Source: a bacterium BMS3Abin11
Lineage (GTDB): Bacteria; Pseudomonadota; Gammaproteobacteria; BMS3Bbin11
Direction: 5' to 3'
NCBI GenBank assembly: GCA_002897635.1
Contig: BDTD01000007.1
Coordinates: 16,907-80,906 of the forward strand
Length of the DNA: 64,000 nucleotides
This document shows, piece after piece, positions 21,058 to 31,776 of the stretch. Position 1 is the first letter of the stretch. Each line of letters opens with the position of its first letter. Under the pieces are notes generated by a model. That model was not told the origin of the DNA. It saw only the letters and a list, made by a program, of their open reading frames with translations, and made no database searches. The position numbers and the translations under genes are program-made.

Positions 21058-24000
21058 TTACCCCAGCCAAACCCGAGCATTCCTGAACAGGCGCATCCAG
21101 CCACTGTCCTCACCCCAATCAGCAGGGTGCCACGAGTTGGCGACGGTACGAAATACCCGCTCAGGATGCGGCATCATCACAGTGAAACGGCCATCTTCCG
21201 TCGTCAGCCCGGTAATACCTTGTGCGGAACCATTGGGATTGGCAGGGTATTTTTCGGTTTTCACCCCGTAATTATCGACAAAATACATGGCGACTATGAC
21301 ATTCTGCTGGTTTTTATTGGCAACAAACTCCGCTCGTCCCTCGCCGTGCGCTACGGCAATTGGCATGGTAGAACCTGCCATGCCTGACATGAAGATAGAC
21401 GGGTTCTCGGGGATGCTGACCAGAGAACTGCGTGCCTCGAACTGCTCGGATTGATTATTAACGAATCTTGGCCAGTTTTCTGCACCCGGAATAATCTCTT
21501 TCAATGAGGCCATCATCTGGCAGCCATTACAGACACCCAGTGCAAAACTATCTTCCCGCTCAAAAAAATGGCTGAATACATCGCGTACCTGATTATTATA
21601 AAGAATCGACTTTGCCCAGCCCCCACCAGCACCGAGTACATCACCATAGGAGAAACCGCCGCATGCGACCAGTCCCTGGATCGATTCCAGTGTTTCACGA
21701 CCACTCAAAATATCACTCATGGTGATATCTACCGCATCGAAACCGGCACGATCGAAGGCCGCTGCCATCTCCAGTTGTGAATTGACCCCCTGCTCCCGCA
21801 AGATGGCCATTTGCGGACGCTTGCCGCTGTTGATATAGGGCAGACTGATATCATCGGATGGATCGAAGCTCAGCCTGGCATGTAAACCAGGGTCTTTCTG
21901 ATCCAGCAGTTGATCAAATTCCTGTCGGGCATTGTCGGGATTATCACGCAGCGTTTGTATGCGCATACTGGTCTCACTCCAGACCCGATGGTACTCGGTA
22001 CGAGAGCCATGCAGACAGACACTGCCTGCCTGAGAGAACGAGATTTCATCATTGTCGACCGGTGCGCCGATGATATGGGTGTGGGTGCCATCTGACAGGC
22101 CTTCGAGCGCAAATATAGCAATCACCTGTACAAGATTATGCCGTTGAATCTGTATCACGGCTCCCAGCTCTTCATTGAAGAGTATATTCGCTGCAGTATT
22201 GCCTAATGTATCCAGATTGATCGCCAGTCCACAGTGCCCAGCAAAGGCCATCTCTATCAGGCAGGCAAATAAACCACCATCGGAGCGATCATGATAAGCC
22301 AGTAACATGCCCATTTCGTTTAGGTTTTGTATGGCGCTGAAAAACCCGCTCATATCTGTGGCCTGATCAAGATCAGGACATTCATTGCCCAACTCGCTAT
22401 ACACCTGCGCCAGACAGGAGCCACCCATGCGATTACTACCACGGCCAAGATCAATAAAGATCAGATCTGTTTCACCCTGATCAAGCATCAGTTGTGGAGT
22501 CAGCGTTTTGCGCACATCCAGCACGGGTGCAAAGGCGGAAATGATTACGGACAGCGGTGCGGTAACAGAATGCTCCTCGCCCTGTTCCTGCCACACAGTA
22601 CGCATAGACATGGAATCCTTGCCAACTGGAATGGATAGACCCAGCGCCGGGCATAAATCCATACCGACGCTTTGCACGGTATCAAACAAATTGGCATCTT
22701 CACCCTCATGACCCGCAGGTGCCATCCAGTTGGCAGAGAGTTTGATATCCGTTATATCCTTGATACGCGAGGCGGCGATATTGGTCAGAACCTCACCTAT
22801 CGCCATGCGGCCACTGGCAGGACCATCAATTAATGCAAGAGGGGTGCGTTCTCCCACCGCCATGGTTTCACCGGTGTTCTGTTTTAGATTTGTGGCCGTT
22901 ACTGCCACATCTGCTACTGGCACCTGCCAGGGGCCTACCATCTGATCACGGCATACCAGGCCAGTCACACTGCGATCACCGATAGTGATCAGGAATGACT
23001 TACTGGCAACGGTAGGCAGGCGCAATACGCGCATGGCAGCTTCATTCAGGTCTATATTTTGTGTATTGAAAGCAACAAGCTCAGACTTCTTATGCTGTAC
23101 ATCACGTAGCATTTTCGGTGGATTGCCCAGCAATACATCCATCGGCATATCAATTGGCCAGGCCAGATCACGACAGGCTGTTGAGCTACCAGCAGGCTCA
23201 TCCACAAAGTGTTGATCATGCAAGCTCAGTTGCCGCTCTTCAGTGGCTTTCCCGACCACCGCATACAGGCATCTTTCACGCTCACAGATCTGTTTAAAAT
23301 CTTCCCAGTACTGGTCGGCAATCGCCAGTACATAACGTTCCTGTGATTCATTACTCCACAGTTGCATCGGCGACATGCCCGGCTCGTCATTTAAAATATC
23401 GCGTAGTTCAAAACTGCCCCCGCAACCTGAGTCATTCACCAACTCCGGCAAGGCATTGGATATACCCCCTGCGCCGACATCGTGGATTGACAGGATGGGA
23501 CTATCTCCAGCCTTTTCACAACAGCGGTTGATAACTTCCTGACAACGGCGCTGCATTTCAGCATTGCTGCGCTGCACAGAAGCAAAGTCGAGATCCTCGG
23601 AGCTGGTGCCGGAAGCCATGCTTGAGGCCGCACCACCGCCCAGACCGATCAGCATAGACGGGCCGCCCAGTACAACTATTCGACTGCCGTCAGGTATTTT
23701 AGATTTTTCAGTGAATCCTGCCTGTATTGAACCCAGACCACCAGCCAGCATTATCGGCTTGTGGTAGCCACGTACTTCACCGGATGGCAATGCCTGCTCA
23801 TAGCTACGGAAATAACCACAGATATTCGGCCGGCCAAATTCATTGTTAAACGATGCGGCGCCTATGGGGCCTTCGAGCATGATATCCAGCGCACTGGCAA
23901 TACGTTCAGGCTTGCCATAGTCTTTCTCCCAGGCCTGTAATGCATCAGGCAGTCTGAGATTGGAGACGCTGAACCCACAAAGCCCTGCCTTGGGTTTGCT

Positions 24001-24987
24001 GCCGCGGCCGGTTGCTCCTTCATCGCGTATCTCACCGCCCGATCCCGTTGCAGCACCGGGATGCGGCGCAATGGCCGTCGGGTGGTTATGGGTTTCCACC
24101 TTCATCAGGATATGCGCATCGCCCTCCTGCCAGCAGTAGTGACGACCATCTTCATTTAGCCGGAAGTTTGCCGTTTCATAGCCGCTGATAACTGAAGAAT
24201 TATCGCTGTAAGCAACCACAGTTCCCTGTGGATGGCTTTCGTGAGTATTACGGATCATGCCGAACAATGACTTCGATTGTTCTACACCATCGATTATCCA
24301 GTCGGCATTAAAAATTTTGTGGCGGCAGTGTTCTGAGTTTACCTGTGCAAACATCATCAATTCTACATCGGTCGGGTTCCTGCCCAGTTCAGTAAACGAC
24401 CCGACCAGGTAATCAATCTCGTCTTCTGACAGCGCGAGTCCCCATAGCTGGTTTGCTTCTAATAATGCGTTCTTGCCTTCGTTAAGCAGATCGACACAGC
24501 GCATGCTGGCAGGACTGTGCTGTTCAAATAGCAGTTCAGCCTTATCCAGTGAATCGAACACAGACTCCACCATACGGTCATGAATCAACGCATGAACTGT
24601 TTCCTTCTCAGGCGCTTCCAGAATACGATGATCTCTGGTGCTGACATGCCAGACTACACCACGCTCTATGCGCTGTACCTTTTCCAGGCCACAATGACGG
24701 GCTATGTCAGTTGCCTTGGTGGACCAGGGAGAAATCGTTCCGGGTCGCGGGATAACCAGAAAATGCTGACCGGAGACATCCATTTCATGGCGAGTCGGAC
24801 CATAATCAAGAATAACGGACAGATGGTCGAGTTCGGCTGCATCCAGGTCGCTAGAAATATTAACAAAATGACGGTAGCTTGCAGAAAGCTCATCCAGATC
24901 AGTAATTTTTACCGACAGCAGACTCCGCAGCTTGTTGAGTCGAAAATCGGAGATGGCAGGTGCACCCTGCAATGACAGAAAACCCAT
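21058..24987 (-). CDS. purL: Phosphoribosylformylglycinamidine synthase (large single-chain FGAM synthase)
   Basis: 1309 aa with a C-terminal glutaminase domain; matches single-chain PurL of gammaproteobacteria. Confidence 0.95.
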   Translation of the reverse strand: MGFLSLQGAPAISDFRLNKLRSLLSVKITDLDELSASYRHFVNISSDLDAAELDHLSVILDYGPTRHEMDVSGQHFLVIPRPGTISPWSTKATDIARHCGLEKVQRIERGVVWHVSTRDHRILEAPEKETVHALIHDRMVESVFDSLDKAELLFEQHSPASMRCVDLLNEGKNALLEANQLWGLALSEDEIDYLVGSFTELGRNPTDVELMMFAQVNSEHCRHKIFNADWIIDGVEQSKSLFGMIRNTHESHPQGTVVAYSDNSSVISGYETANFRLNEDGRHYCWQEGDAHILMKVETHNHPTAIAPHPGAATGSGGEIRDEGATGRGSKPKAGLCGFSVSNLRLPDALQAWEKDYGKPERIASALDIMLEGPIGAASFNNEFGRPNICGYFRSYEQALPSGEVRGYHKPIMLAGGLGSIQAGFTEKSKIPDGSRIVVLGGPSMLIGLGGGAASSMASGTSSEDLDFASVQRSNAEMQRRCQEVINRCCEKAGDSPILSIHDVGAGGISNALPELVNDSGCGGSFELRDILNDEPGMSPMQLWSNESQERYVLAIADQYWEDFKQICERERCLYAVVGKATEERQLSLHDQHFVDEPAGSSTACRDLAWPIDMPMDVLLGNPPKMLRDVQHKKSELVAFNTQNIDLNEAAMRVLRLPTVASKSFLITIGDRSVTGLVCRDQMVGPWQVPVADVAVTATNLKQNTGETMAVGERTPLALIDGPASGRMAIGEVLTNIAASRIKDITDIKLSANWMAPAGHEGEDANLFDTVQSVGMDLCPALGLSIPVGKDSMSMRTVWQEQGEEHSVTAPLSVIISAFAPVLDVRKTLTPQLMLDQGETDLIFIDLGRGSNRMGGSCLAQVYSELGNECPDLDQATDMSGFFSAIQNLNEMGMLLAYHDRSDGGLFACLIEMAFAGHCGLAINLDTLGNTAANILFNEELGAVIQIQRHNLVQVIAIFALEGLSDGTHTHIIGAPVDNDEISFSQAGSVCLHGSRTEYHRVWSETSMRIQTLRDNPDNARQEFDQLLDQKDPGLHARLSFDPSDDISLPYINSGKRPQMAILREQGVNSQLEMAAAFDRAGFDAVDITMSDILSGRETLESIQGLVACGGFSYGDVLGAGGGWAKSILYNNQVRDVFSHFFEREDSFALGVCNGCQMMASLKEIIPGAENWPRFVNNQSEQFEARSSLVSIPENPSIFMSGMAGSTMPIAVAHGEGRAEFVANKNQQNVIVAMYFVDNYGVKTEKYPANPNGSAQGITGLTTEDGRFTVMMPHPERVFRTVANSWHPADWGEDSGWMRLFRNARVWLG

Positions 24988-25023
24988 GAAATCAACCCGG
25001 CCTCAGTTCAAAAAGGAAAAACT

Positions 25024-25188
25024 TGGGAACCTCTGATAAATTCTGGACGAAGTACATTAACGCCTAAAATATCCAGGTTTGAGGCGCAAATCGCACGTAA
25101 TAGCTAGCAATTGCGAAGGTTTTCAGCGAAAAAACTGGTTATTTTAGGCGTGAGATACGAGTTCACGAATTAATCAGAGGCTCCCTTA
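25024..25188. repeat. Family-1 MITE-like element, subfamily b (copy C), 165 bp; fills the purL-bamC spacer
   Basis: Terminal inverted repeats GGGAACCTCTGATAAATTCTGGA / GAATTAATCAGAGGCTCCC, core AATCGCACGTAATAGCTAGCAATTGCGAAGG, and inner inverted pair CGCCTAAAATA/TATTTTAGGCG. The right terminal inverted repeat ends in the bamC stop codon. Confidence 0.8.
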
Positions 25189-26373
25189 TCTTAACTGTTC
25201 ATAAAGCAATTTTACTATTTGTGTGACCACCTTATCGGGTGCTGCAGTACCGCTTTTTGTCAGCACATCAACCTTCGTTTGCTCGCCGTCCGCTGTAAGC
25301 AATATCTGATAGATATTATCTTCTGTAGTATCCTTATTTTTCCTGAACATTTTACTGAAGAATCCGGGTTTCTTATCATGCAGCTCAGGATTGGCATAAT
25401 CAACGAAATACATCCATTTACTCATATCCCTGTCTTCTACGTTGAAACCAACTCTGTCCAGTGTCTGGCCAACCCTGCGCCATGCTATATCAATGGTATT
25501 ATTGACTATCAATCTGGGCTGACCATTTTCAGTCTTGACGATGCTGGCCCGGTCTGCTGACTTATTTGCCTTTGCCAGACTCGTTGCCGTAGCAGCTTCA
25601 CTGGCACCCATTTTGATCATTAACAACGAGAGCATTTCAGCTTCAATGTTAGGATCAGGGGGTACAGCCTCCCACACAGTACTGACAGGATCCACGTTGT
25701 TATCACTAACCACCTTTTCTACCATACCTTTGTACGTTATATATATATCAGTGGTGCCCTTGATGCGGCCAGGTTCAATTCTGATAAGATATTTATCTCG
25801 ACTGCTGGTGGTGTAAATGGATCCTAAATATTTGTTTAGAAATTTTTGTGATCCACGCAAGACACCGGATGCATAGTTGTTAGCCCAGGTCGTTTCCAGT
25901 ATCCCGGCATCCTTGTCCTCTCGCTCCAGTGCCAAACCAGAGGACAGAATGAAATCCCGCACATCCGACCATGTCGCAGAATAAGATTGATATACAACCA
26001 GCCAGCGCTGAGAACCGGCACGCTCTATGTACATCTTCGGCCCATTATCAGATCTTTTCAATGATGTTGGTTTAGCAACAGGCTTCGTCGTTCCGCTAAC
26101 ATCCGAGACAGTATTTTTTACCGTTGCAGATGAGGCTTTCTGTCCACTGGCAGCCGTAGCAGATTTTTGCTCATAAGCTGGGACACTGAGACTTTTGTCA
26201 GAGGCATCGGAACTGAGATCTGGGGGGATTTCCAGAGCTGAACGTTCTCTGCTTTCACGATAGTCCGTCAGCACTCTCTGTTTCGGCTCTTTATCCTTTT
26301 TTGACCAGCTGCAACCACTTGATAAGACAACTATAAAAGCAAGTAAAATGATTTTAGTAAAAGATTTTTTCAT
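25186..26373 (-). CDS. bamC: Outer membrane protein assembly factor BamC (NlpB lipoprotein)
   Basis: Lipobox LSSGC; position immediately downstream of dapA as in the E. coli dapA-bamC operon; pattern similarity to NlpB. Confidence 0.7.
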   Translation of the reverse strand: MKKSFTKIILLAFIVVLSSGCSWSKKDKEPKQRVLTDYRESRERSALEIPPDLSSDASDKSLSVPAYEQKSATAASGQKASSATVKNTVSDVSGTTKPVAKPTSLKRSDNGPKMYIERAGSQRWLVVYQSYSATWSDVRDFILSSGLALEREDKDAGILETTWANNYASGVLRGSQKFLNKYLGSIYTTSSRDKYLIRIEPGRIKGTTDIYITYKGMVEKVVSDNNVDPVSTVWEAVPPDPNIEAEMLSLLMIKMGASEAATATSLAKANKSADRASIVKTENGQPRLIVNNTIDIAWRRVGQTLDRVGFNVEDRDMSKWMYFVDYANPELHDKKPGFFSKMFRKNKDTTEDNIYQILLTADGEQTKVDVLTKSGTAAPDKVVTQIVKLLYEQLR

Positions 26374-26480
26374 CGTATCTGTTTGTCACTTTAAATAATT
26401 CAAAAACGTATATGCGGCTGGATTACTATACTAAATATCCAGCCCTTACTAAACCAGCGATTCTGGTATCTGCATGCTTT

Positions 26481-27356
26481 TTAATGCGTATCGGCCTTCC
26501 CCATTGCATCCCGAACACACTGATGATTTTCACTGGACAGCGCGGTCAGAGGCAGACGTATACCCGCTCCAATCAATCCCATCTGCTGCACCGCCCATTT
26601 GACAGGTATCGGATTGGCTTCAACAAACAAGTCCCGGTGTAACCCTGTAAGTGGCTGATTTACAGACTCTGCGTGCTGCCGATCCCCCTGTCGCGCAAAC
26701 ATTATCATTTCATGCATGGCCGCCGGCATAACATTTGCTGTCACTGAAATTACCCCATCACCGCCTGCCAGGACAAATTCCATCGCGGTCGCATCATCCC
26801 CTGAATACAGGGCGAATTCATCCGGCCGGTGTTTTACCAGCCATGCTACACGCCTCATATCACCTGTTGCATCCTTGAGGCCAACGATATTAGGTATTTC
26901 AGCCAGCCTCATGCTTGTCTCATCAGACATGTCACAGGCTGTGCGCCCGGGAACATTATAAAGTATTTGCGGGACATCAACAGCTTCCGCAATGGCTTTG
27001 TAATGCAGATAAAGGCCTTCCTGGCCAGGTTTGTTGTAGTATGGCGTCACGAGCAGGCAGGCATCAACACCCAATTCGGCAGATCTGGCCGTCAACGTGA
27101 TGGCTTCTCGGGTAGAGTTCGCGCCGGTACCGGCAATTATGGGAATTCGACCATTTGCCAGGCTGACCACCTGTCTGACCACATCACAGTGCTCATCAAC
27201 ATCCAGCGTAGCAGATTCACCTGTAGTACCAACAACAACTATCGCATCGGTGTGGTTGTCTATGTGGAATTCAACCAGACGCTCGAGAGCTGCCTGATCA
27301 ATATTGCCGACCTCATCCATAGGCGTGACGAGGGCAACAAGGCTACCGTAAATCAT
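26481..27356 (-). CDS. dapA: 4-hydroxy-tetrahydrodipicolinate synthase
   Basis: MIYGSLVALVTPMDEVGNID...GTTGESATL motif. Start moved to the internal Met; the track ORF runs to 27371. Confidence 0.95.
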   Translation of the reverse strand: MIYGSLVALVTPMDEVGNIDQAALERLVEFHIDNHTDAIVVVGTTGESATLDVDEHCDVVRQVVSLANGRIPIIAGTGANSTREAITLTARSAELGVDACLLVTPYYNKPGQEGLYLHYKAIAEAVDVPQILYNVPGRTACDMSDETSMRLAEIPNIVGLKDATGDMRRVAWLVKHRPDEFALYSGDDATAMEFVLAGGDGVISVTANVMPAAMHEMIMFARQGDRQHAESVNQPLTGLHRDLFVEANPIPVKWAVQQMGLIGAGIRLPLTALSSENHQCVRDAMGKADTH

Positions 27357-27407
27357 GTTAGTTGTCCGCAAATTTAACTAAGCGGGCAATATTACTGTGC
27401 TACCCGG

Positions 27408-27447
27408 TGATTGACAAGAAAAGACGCCTGCCAAAAAGCGAGGCGTC
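27408..27447 (-). terminator. Candidate rho-independent terminator: GACGCCT-loop-AGGCGTC followed by TTTTCTTGTC on the minus strand
   Basis: 7 bp GC-rich stem with a T-run, lying between the small ORF at 27826 and dapA. Confidence 0.4.
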
Positions 27448-27660
27448 AACAAAAAAGGAGAATAATAAAGAGAAAACTATTTCTTAGGGAAAATCTGATT
27501 TATTTGAAGAAACCCGTTATTGCACCCTACGGGTATTTCCTCAGCTACTTCTGTTGCGAGCACCAAAACGCGGCAAGCTCTCTATCTATGTTAAGAAACA
27601 GTCGTTTAGAGATTGCTACGTCACTACATTTCTCGCAATGACGAATAAATCAGAGATTCT

Positions 27661-27830
27661 CCAGGAGTCTGTCGGACTTAGGTAGTCGTAGCGAGCATGG
27701 TGGGAGAACGAGGACAAATGATCATGATTTTGAGGTGCATAGTGAGCCTACGCAGCGAAAAATCAGGGACATTTGTCCTCGTTCTCCCATCAGCGCAGTA
27801 GATTATCCCTAAGCCCGACAGACTCCTAAG
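27661..27830. repeat. Roughly 170 bp long imperfect palindrome (arms about 60 bp) of unknown nature
   Basis: Outer arms AGGAGTCTGTCGG(A/G)CTTAGG and inner arms GGGAGAACGAGGACAAATG / CATTTGTCCTCGTTCTCCC, read directly from the sequence. Confidence 0.7.
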
Positions 27831-28032
27831 CTGCGTGCTCGGTCAATGACTCCCTTAGCGGTGCATTGACAAACTCCCGGTGACCATCGTCATATTCGAT
27901 TTCCACTTCAGCTTCTTTCAGCCAGTGTAGACAGGGCACGTCAGTACGATAGGGAACCAGCCCATTGCTCAGTAATTCGGGATGCCCATAAAGAATTTCG
28001 TCTGTGAGCGGTATAAATATGTTTATCGTCAT
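27826..28032 (-). CDS. Hypothetical small protein (68 aa)
   Basis: ORF only. Its stop overlaps the right arm of the long palindrome. Confidence 0.25.
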   Translation of the reverse strand: MTINIFIPLTDEILYGHPELLSNGLVPYRTDVPCLHWLKEAEVEIEYDDGHREFVNAPLRESLTEHAA

Positions 28033-28257
28033 GATTTTTCGCTCCTGTAATCTGTTGCTTCACTGAAGGATTTCAATAATCTGAAAGCCTGTAGATTTCC
28101 TTAGGTATAGTGAAGCAGATCGGACTGGCAGCAGAACCCCGAAGGAATGGCAATATGATGTATAATTATGGTGAAAAAATGGTTTTTTCACAGGACGCTG
28201 ACTTCGCCCCCATACTGATATACTGTTGCGCGCGAAAACTATGGAGCACCTGCCTTT

Positions 28258-28953
28258 ATGAGTAAAAAAATTGCCATCGTCGAAGACGATCCTGATCAAC
28301 GTGAAAACTATGCTGATGCCATGACTATGCATGGCTTTGAAGTAACTACCTACCCAAACAGGCGTGAAGCGTTGAAAGGATTCAAAGACGAACTGCCAGA
28401 TCTGGCAATACTGGACATCATGCTGGAAGACGAACCCGACGGTGGATTCGACCTGTGCCGTGAGTTGCGAAGCATGTCCAGGAATCTACCTATTATTTTC
28501 CTGACCGCACGCGACAACGATATTGACACAGTATCAGGCCTGCGCCTGGATGCATGGGATTACCTCACAAAACCGGTAAATTTACAGTACCTGGCCGTAC
28601 GTGTGTCCTCATTATTCCGTATCGTTGATACCCTCAGTGCTCACACAACCACCAATGACAAGGTTTATCGACTGGGTGATTTGATGGTTGACCAGCAAAG
28701 CATGTCCATCACCTGGAAAGACCAGCCATTGAATCTCACGCTGACAGAATACTGGCTGGTAGAATCGATGTCGCGGCATCCCGGCCATGTGCGCACCTAT
28801 GATCACATGATGCAGGTTACCCGGCAAAGCATGGTTGAGCGTAATACTATTAATGGCTATATCAGAAGAATTCGTAACAAGTTCAAGGAAATTGACAGCA
28901 ACTTTGACTCCATTCAGACCGTTTTTGGTGTTGGCTATCGCTGGAAAAGCTGA
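28258..28953 (+). CDS. OmpR/PhoB-family two-component response regulator
   Basis: Receiver domain (IAIVEDDPD...LDIML) with a C-terminal winged-helix trans_reg_C domain. Confidence 0.9.
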   Translation: MSKKIAIVEDDPDQRENYADAMTMHGFEVTTYPNRREALKGFKDELPDLAILDIMLEDEPDGGFDLCRELRSMSRNLPIIFLTARDNDIDTVSGLRLDAWDYLTKPVNLQYLAVRVSSLFRIVDTLSAHTTTNDKVYRLGDLMVDQQSMSITWKDQPLNLTLTEYWLVESMSRHPGHVRTYDHMMQVTRQSMVERNTINGYIRRIRNKFKEIDSNFDSIQTVFGVGYRWKS

Positions 28954-28962
28954 GGGCCCTGA

Positions 28963-31122
28963 ATGATTCGGGTAAGTATCCGCTACAAATTACTACTGGT
29001 CATCCTGACCCTGCTGTTGATCCCCTGGATGGGCTACCAATATGTCAGGGAAATGAAGTCATTTGCCCTGCAGGGGCAGGAAGAAGCACTCCTACTAACA
29101 GCCGGCGCCATCGCCACCGTACTGCACGACCGGCCGGAGCTGTTTTCGCCTGAGAAAAGCGGCCCGGCCGTCGACAGAGAAATCGGTGACCTTCAGGTAA
29201 TGCGACTCGACCATCCCTTAACGATGGACGGCAAACTTGATGACTGGGGAAAACTGGCCGAAAATGCCGGCCATTATTCAATCCCCAAATTATTAAAGAA
29301 GCCAGAAAGAGACGAAAGCGATCTATCATTTAATCACGTACTCGGCAGTTGGGGGCGCTATCTGTATGCCCTGTTCATAGTGCAGGATGACCGGGTTATA
29401 TACCGTGATACCAGCTACCGGCGGCTGGATAACAGCGATCATCTGCGGATCTATTTACGCGACGAAAACGACAAAATGACCCGATATGCTGTGGTGGCTG
29501 CAAAACCTGGCCGCATGGATGTATATGCTATGGATGAAGATTGGCGTTACCCACTTACCGGTGATCCGATATACAGTATTGTCGGCTATTTCAGGCCGCT
29601 GAAAAACGGCTACGCGATAGAACTCCGAATTCCACGCGATATGGTGTCCGGTGATGCTCGCCTGGCTATTGCAATAGCCGATGTCGATGATCCGAAGGAA
29701 CGAAAGGTGGAAACCGTACTCGGTATTTCTGCCGCCAAGAACACTACCAAACTTGGCAAAGTACTGATTCCTTCCCCGGAGATCGACAGGATTCTCCATG
29801 GCCTGGACAAACCCGGTACACGAATCTGGGTCATTGACCAGAATAAATATGTTCGGGCACTAGTCGGCGACCTTTCTACTACACAATATAAGGCAAATAA
29901 ACTCCGTGGCTCCAACATGAAGACACTGCAACTGTGGATGAATAAACTTCTTAAACCCGTATTCAGATTAATACTGAATCCACCTGTAGCAGAGTTTAAA
30001 GACCTTCCCGATGACACTCGCGAACGAAATGAGGCTGTTATCTATCAGGTACTGGAAGGAAAACCGGCAACCGACCGGCGCCCAAGTATCGATAAAAAGG
30101 TAGAGTTGCTGATGGCAGCGCACCCCATTTTTAATAATGACAAAATCATGGGTGCTGTGATCGTCGAGCGTAGCAGCAATAACGTGGTCGCCCTGCAGAA
30201 CCAGCTGCTACAGAATCTGATTGCTGTAACGGTAATCGTCTTTGCGCTTGTTGGCGCCGCCCTGATGACCTTCGCCTGGCGACTGACCCGACGCATTAGA
30301 CGCCTCAGCATGGCCAGTGGCCATGCCATCAACCCGGAGGGACGGCTACGCTTAGAACATGGGTTACCCGATACAAAGGCGGGTGATGAAATCGGCGACC
30401 TGTCACGTAGCATTTCGGACATGCTGACACGTCTGGCACATTACACACGGTATCTGGAGCGCATGCCAGACACCCTTGCCCATGAACTGAACAACCCTCT
30501 AAACGTAGTCAATTCATCACTGGAGAACCTTGGCACTCTACATCCTGACATTGGAAAAAGTAAATATATGTCACGCGCCCGAAACGGAGTAAACAGACTG
30601 GGCTCATTGCTGGCCAGCCTGACCGAAGCCGGCAACCTGGAAGAGGCACTGGAGAGCGAACACCACGAAAAATTCAATCTCAATAAGATGCTAGCCATGT
30701 TCATAGAGGGCTATAAGGAAAGTCACCCGGAGTTCAAACAGGGCTTTATCACCCAACTGCCCGAATACCAGGTTATCCTCGAAGGCAGCCCTGATCATAT
30801 TGCACAAATGATGGATAAACTGCTGGACAATGCAATGGATTTTTGTGTACCAGGCCAACCTGTATCTTTCTCCCTCAGCGTCTGGCACCATCTGGCAATT
30901 ATCAAGATTATGAATATCGGCAAAACCTTACCTGAAGGCATGGAAGAACGGCTCTTCGATCCAATGATTTCGCTACGTCAAACAGGCGCATCACGTTCAC
31001 ACCTGGGCATGGGCCTGCATATCGTACGATTGATAGCCAATGCACATGGCGGGACAGTAGCCGCAAGAAATAATGAAGCGGGTAACGGGGTGGTCTTCGA
31101 GATCAGGCTGCCGTTTGCCTGA
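28963..31122 (+). CDS. Sensor histidine kinase with a large periplasmic domain (about 360 aa) between two TM helices, then HAMP-HisKA-HATPase
   Basis: H-box HELNNPLNVV, G-box GMGLHIVRLIANAHGG. Begins 10 bp after the response regulator stop. Confidence 0.9.
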   Translation: MIRVSIRYKLLLVILTLLLIPWMGYQYVREMKSFALQGQEEALLLTAGAIATVLHDRPELFSPEKSGPAVDREIGDLQVMRLDHPLTMDGKLDDWGKLAENAGHYSIPKLLKKPERDESDLSFNHVLGSWGRYLYALFIVQDDRVIYRDTSYRRLDNSDHLRIYLRDENDKMTRYAVVAAKPGRMDVYAMDEDWRYPLTGDPIYSIVGYFRPLKNGYAIELRIPRDMVSGDARLAIAIADVDDPKERKVETVLGISAAKNTTKLGKVLIPSPEIDRILHGLDKPGTRIWVIDQNKYVRALVGDLSTTQYKANKLRGSNMKTLQLWMNKLLKPVFRLILNPPVAEFKDLPDDTRERNEAVIYQVLEGKPATDRRPSIDKKVELLMAAHPIFNNDKIMGAVIVERSSNNVVALQNQLLQNLIAVTVIVFALVGAALMTFAWRLTRRIRRLSMASGHAINPEGRLRLEHGLPDTKAGDEIGDLSRSISDMLTRLAHYTRYLERMPDTLAHELNNPLNVVNSSLENLGTLHPDIGKSKYMSRARNGVNRLGSLLASLTEAGNLEEALESEHHEKFNLNKMLAMFIEGYKESHPEFKQGFITQLPEYQVILEGSPDHIAQMMDKLLDNAMDFCVPGQPVSFSLSVWHHLAIIKIMNIGKTLPEGMEERLFDPMISLRQTGASRSHLGMGLHIVRLIANAHGGTVAARNNEAGNGVVFEIRLPFA

Positions 31123-31187
31123 AAAGACACGATTAACGGTTCACGCTTTAATGTATTACGTAAATCGTAAGACCGTAAACCGAAAAT

Positions 31188-31589
31188 TTATTTTTTAATG
31201 CTGCTTTGATCCCAATGTACAGTGCAATCAAGTAGTGATAGTACCGATATCAGATCGTTGCGGCTGCCACGGCCCAGCACTTCTACCGGGCGAAGGTTGT
31301 CCAGATGACGATTCTTCTGTTTGATCCAGAACAGGGCCATTTGAGGATTAGTAGGATATGTTGTCCTTAAGGCATCACTGATATGTGCCAGAATCGAAAC
31401 CCGCTGCTGGATCTGTTCATCATCAGGAAAGGGCTTGTTATCGCGGTGCTGCCGTAATATACGCGTGCGCGTTCCTTCTGGAAAACCCAAAACCCGTATC
31501 TGCTGTTCAGCATCCAGCCCGAACAGATCAAGCATACGAATTATGCCCTGTGTCCGCTGCATTTTCTTTTCCCGCAATTCCTGATCCAT
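31188..31589 (-). CDS. Xre/MbcA/ParS-like antitoxin C-terminal domain (DUF2384) protein; appears orphan
   Basis: ALFWIKQKNRHLDNLRPVEVLGRGSRNDLISVLSLL matches the A..W....L....P.e.L motif of DUF2384. No RES-domain toxin gene is adjacent. Confidence 0.4.
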   Translation of the reverse strand: MDQELREKKMQRTQGIIRMLDLFGLDAEQQIRVLGFPEGTRTRILRQHRDNKPFPDDEQIQQRVSILAHISDALRTTYPTNPQMALFWIKQKNRHLDNLRPVEVLGRGSRNDLISVLSLLDCTVHWDQSSIKK

Positions 31590-31596
31590 AATATAC

Positions 31597-31679
31597 CACC
31601 TCTATAGAGTCTTAAGGGTGCCCACTATTAATTCTGGATATGTCAAATTGATATTCATGAATTTATAGAGGTGCCCTCT
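31597..31679. repeat. Truncated family-1 element (copy D): terminal inverted repeats bracket a short 30 bp interior that lacks the core
   Basis: AAGGGTGCCCACTATTAATTCTGGATATG ... CATGAATTTATAGAGGTGCCCTC. Confidence 0.65.
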
Positions 31680-31776
31680 CATCTGATATAAACTCTGTGT
31701 TTCTCAGAAAAATAGTCGAGCGCGACTATATATCACAATGCAGCCTGGCATCAAAATCAGAGGCTCCTTTAACCCC

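Noticed and set aside
27411-27641. 76 aa ORF upstream of dapA (MTRKDACQKARRQQKRRIIKRK...)
   Set aside because: It is a Lys/Arg-rich translation of an A-rich leader that overlaps a terminator hairpin, with no Shine-Dalgarno sequence. Likely spurious.
31188-31589. Complete RES-Xre toxin-antitoxin module
   Set aside because: Only the DUF2384 antitoxin-like gene is present. The neighbouring genes are a histidine kinase and an ABC ATPase, so no toxin partner exists.
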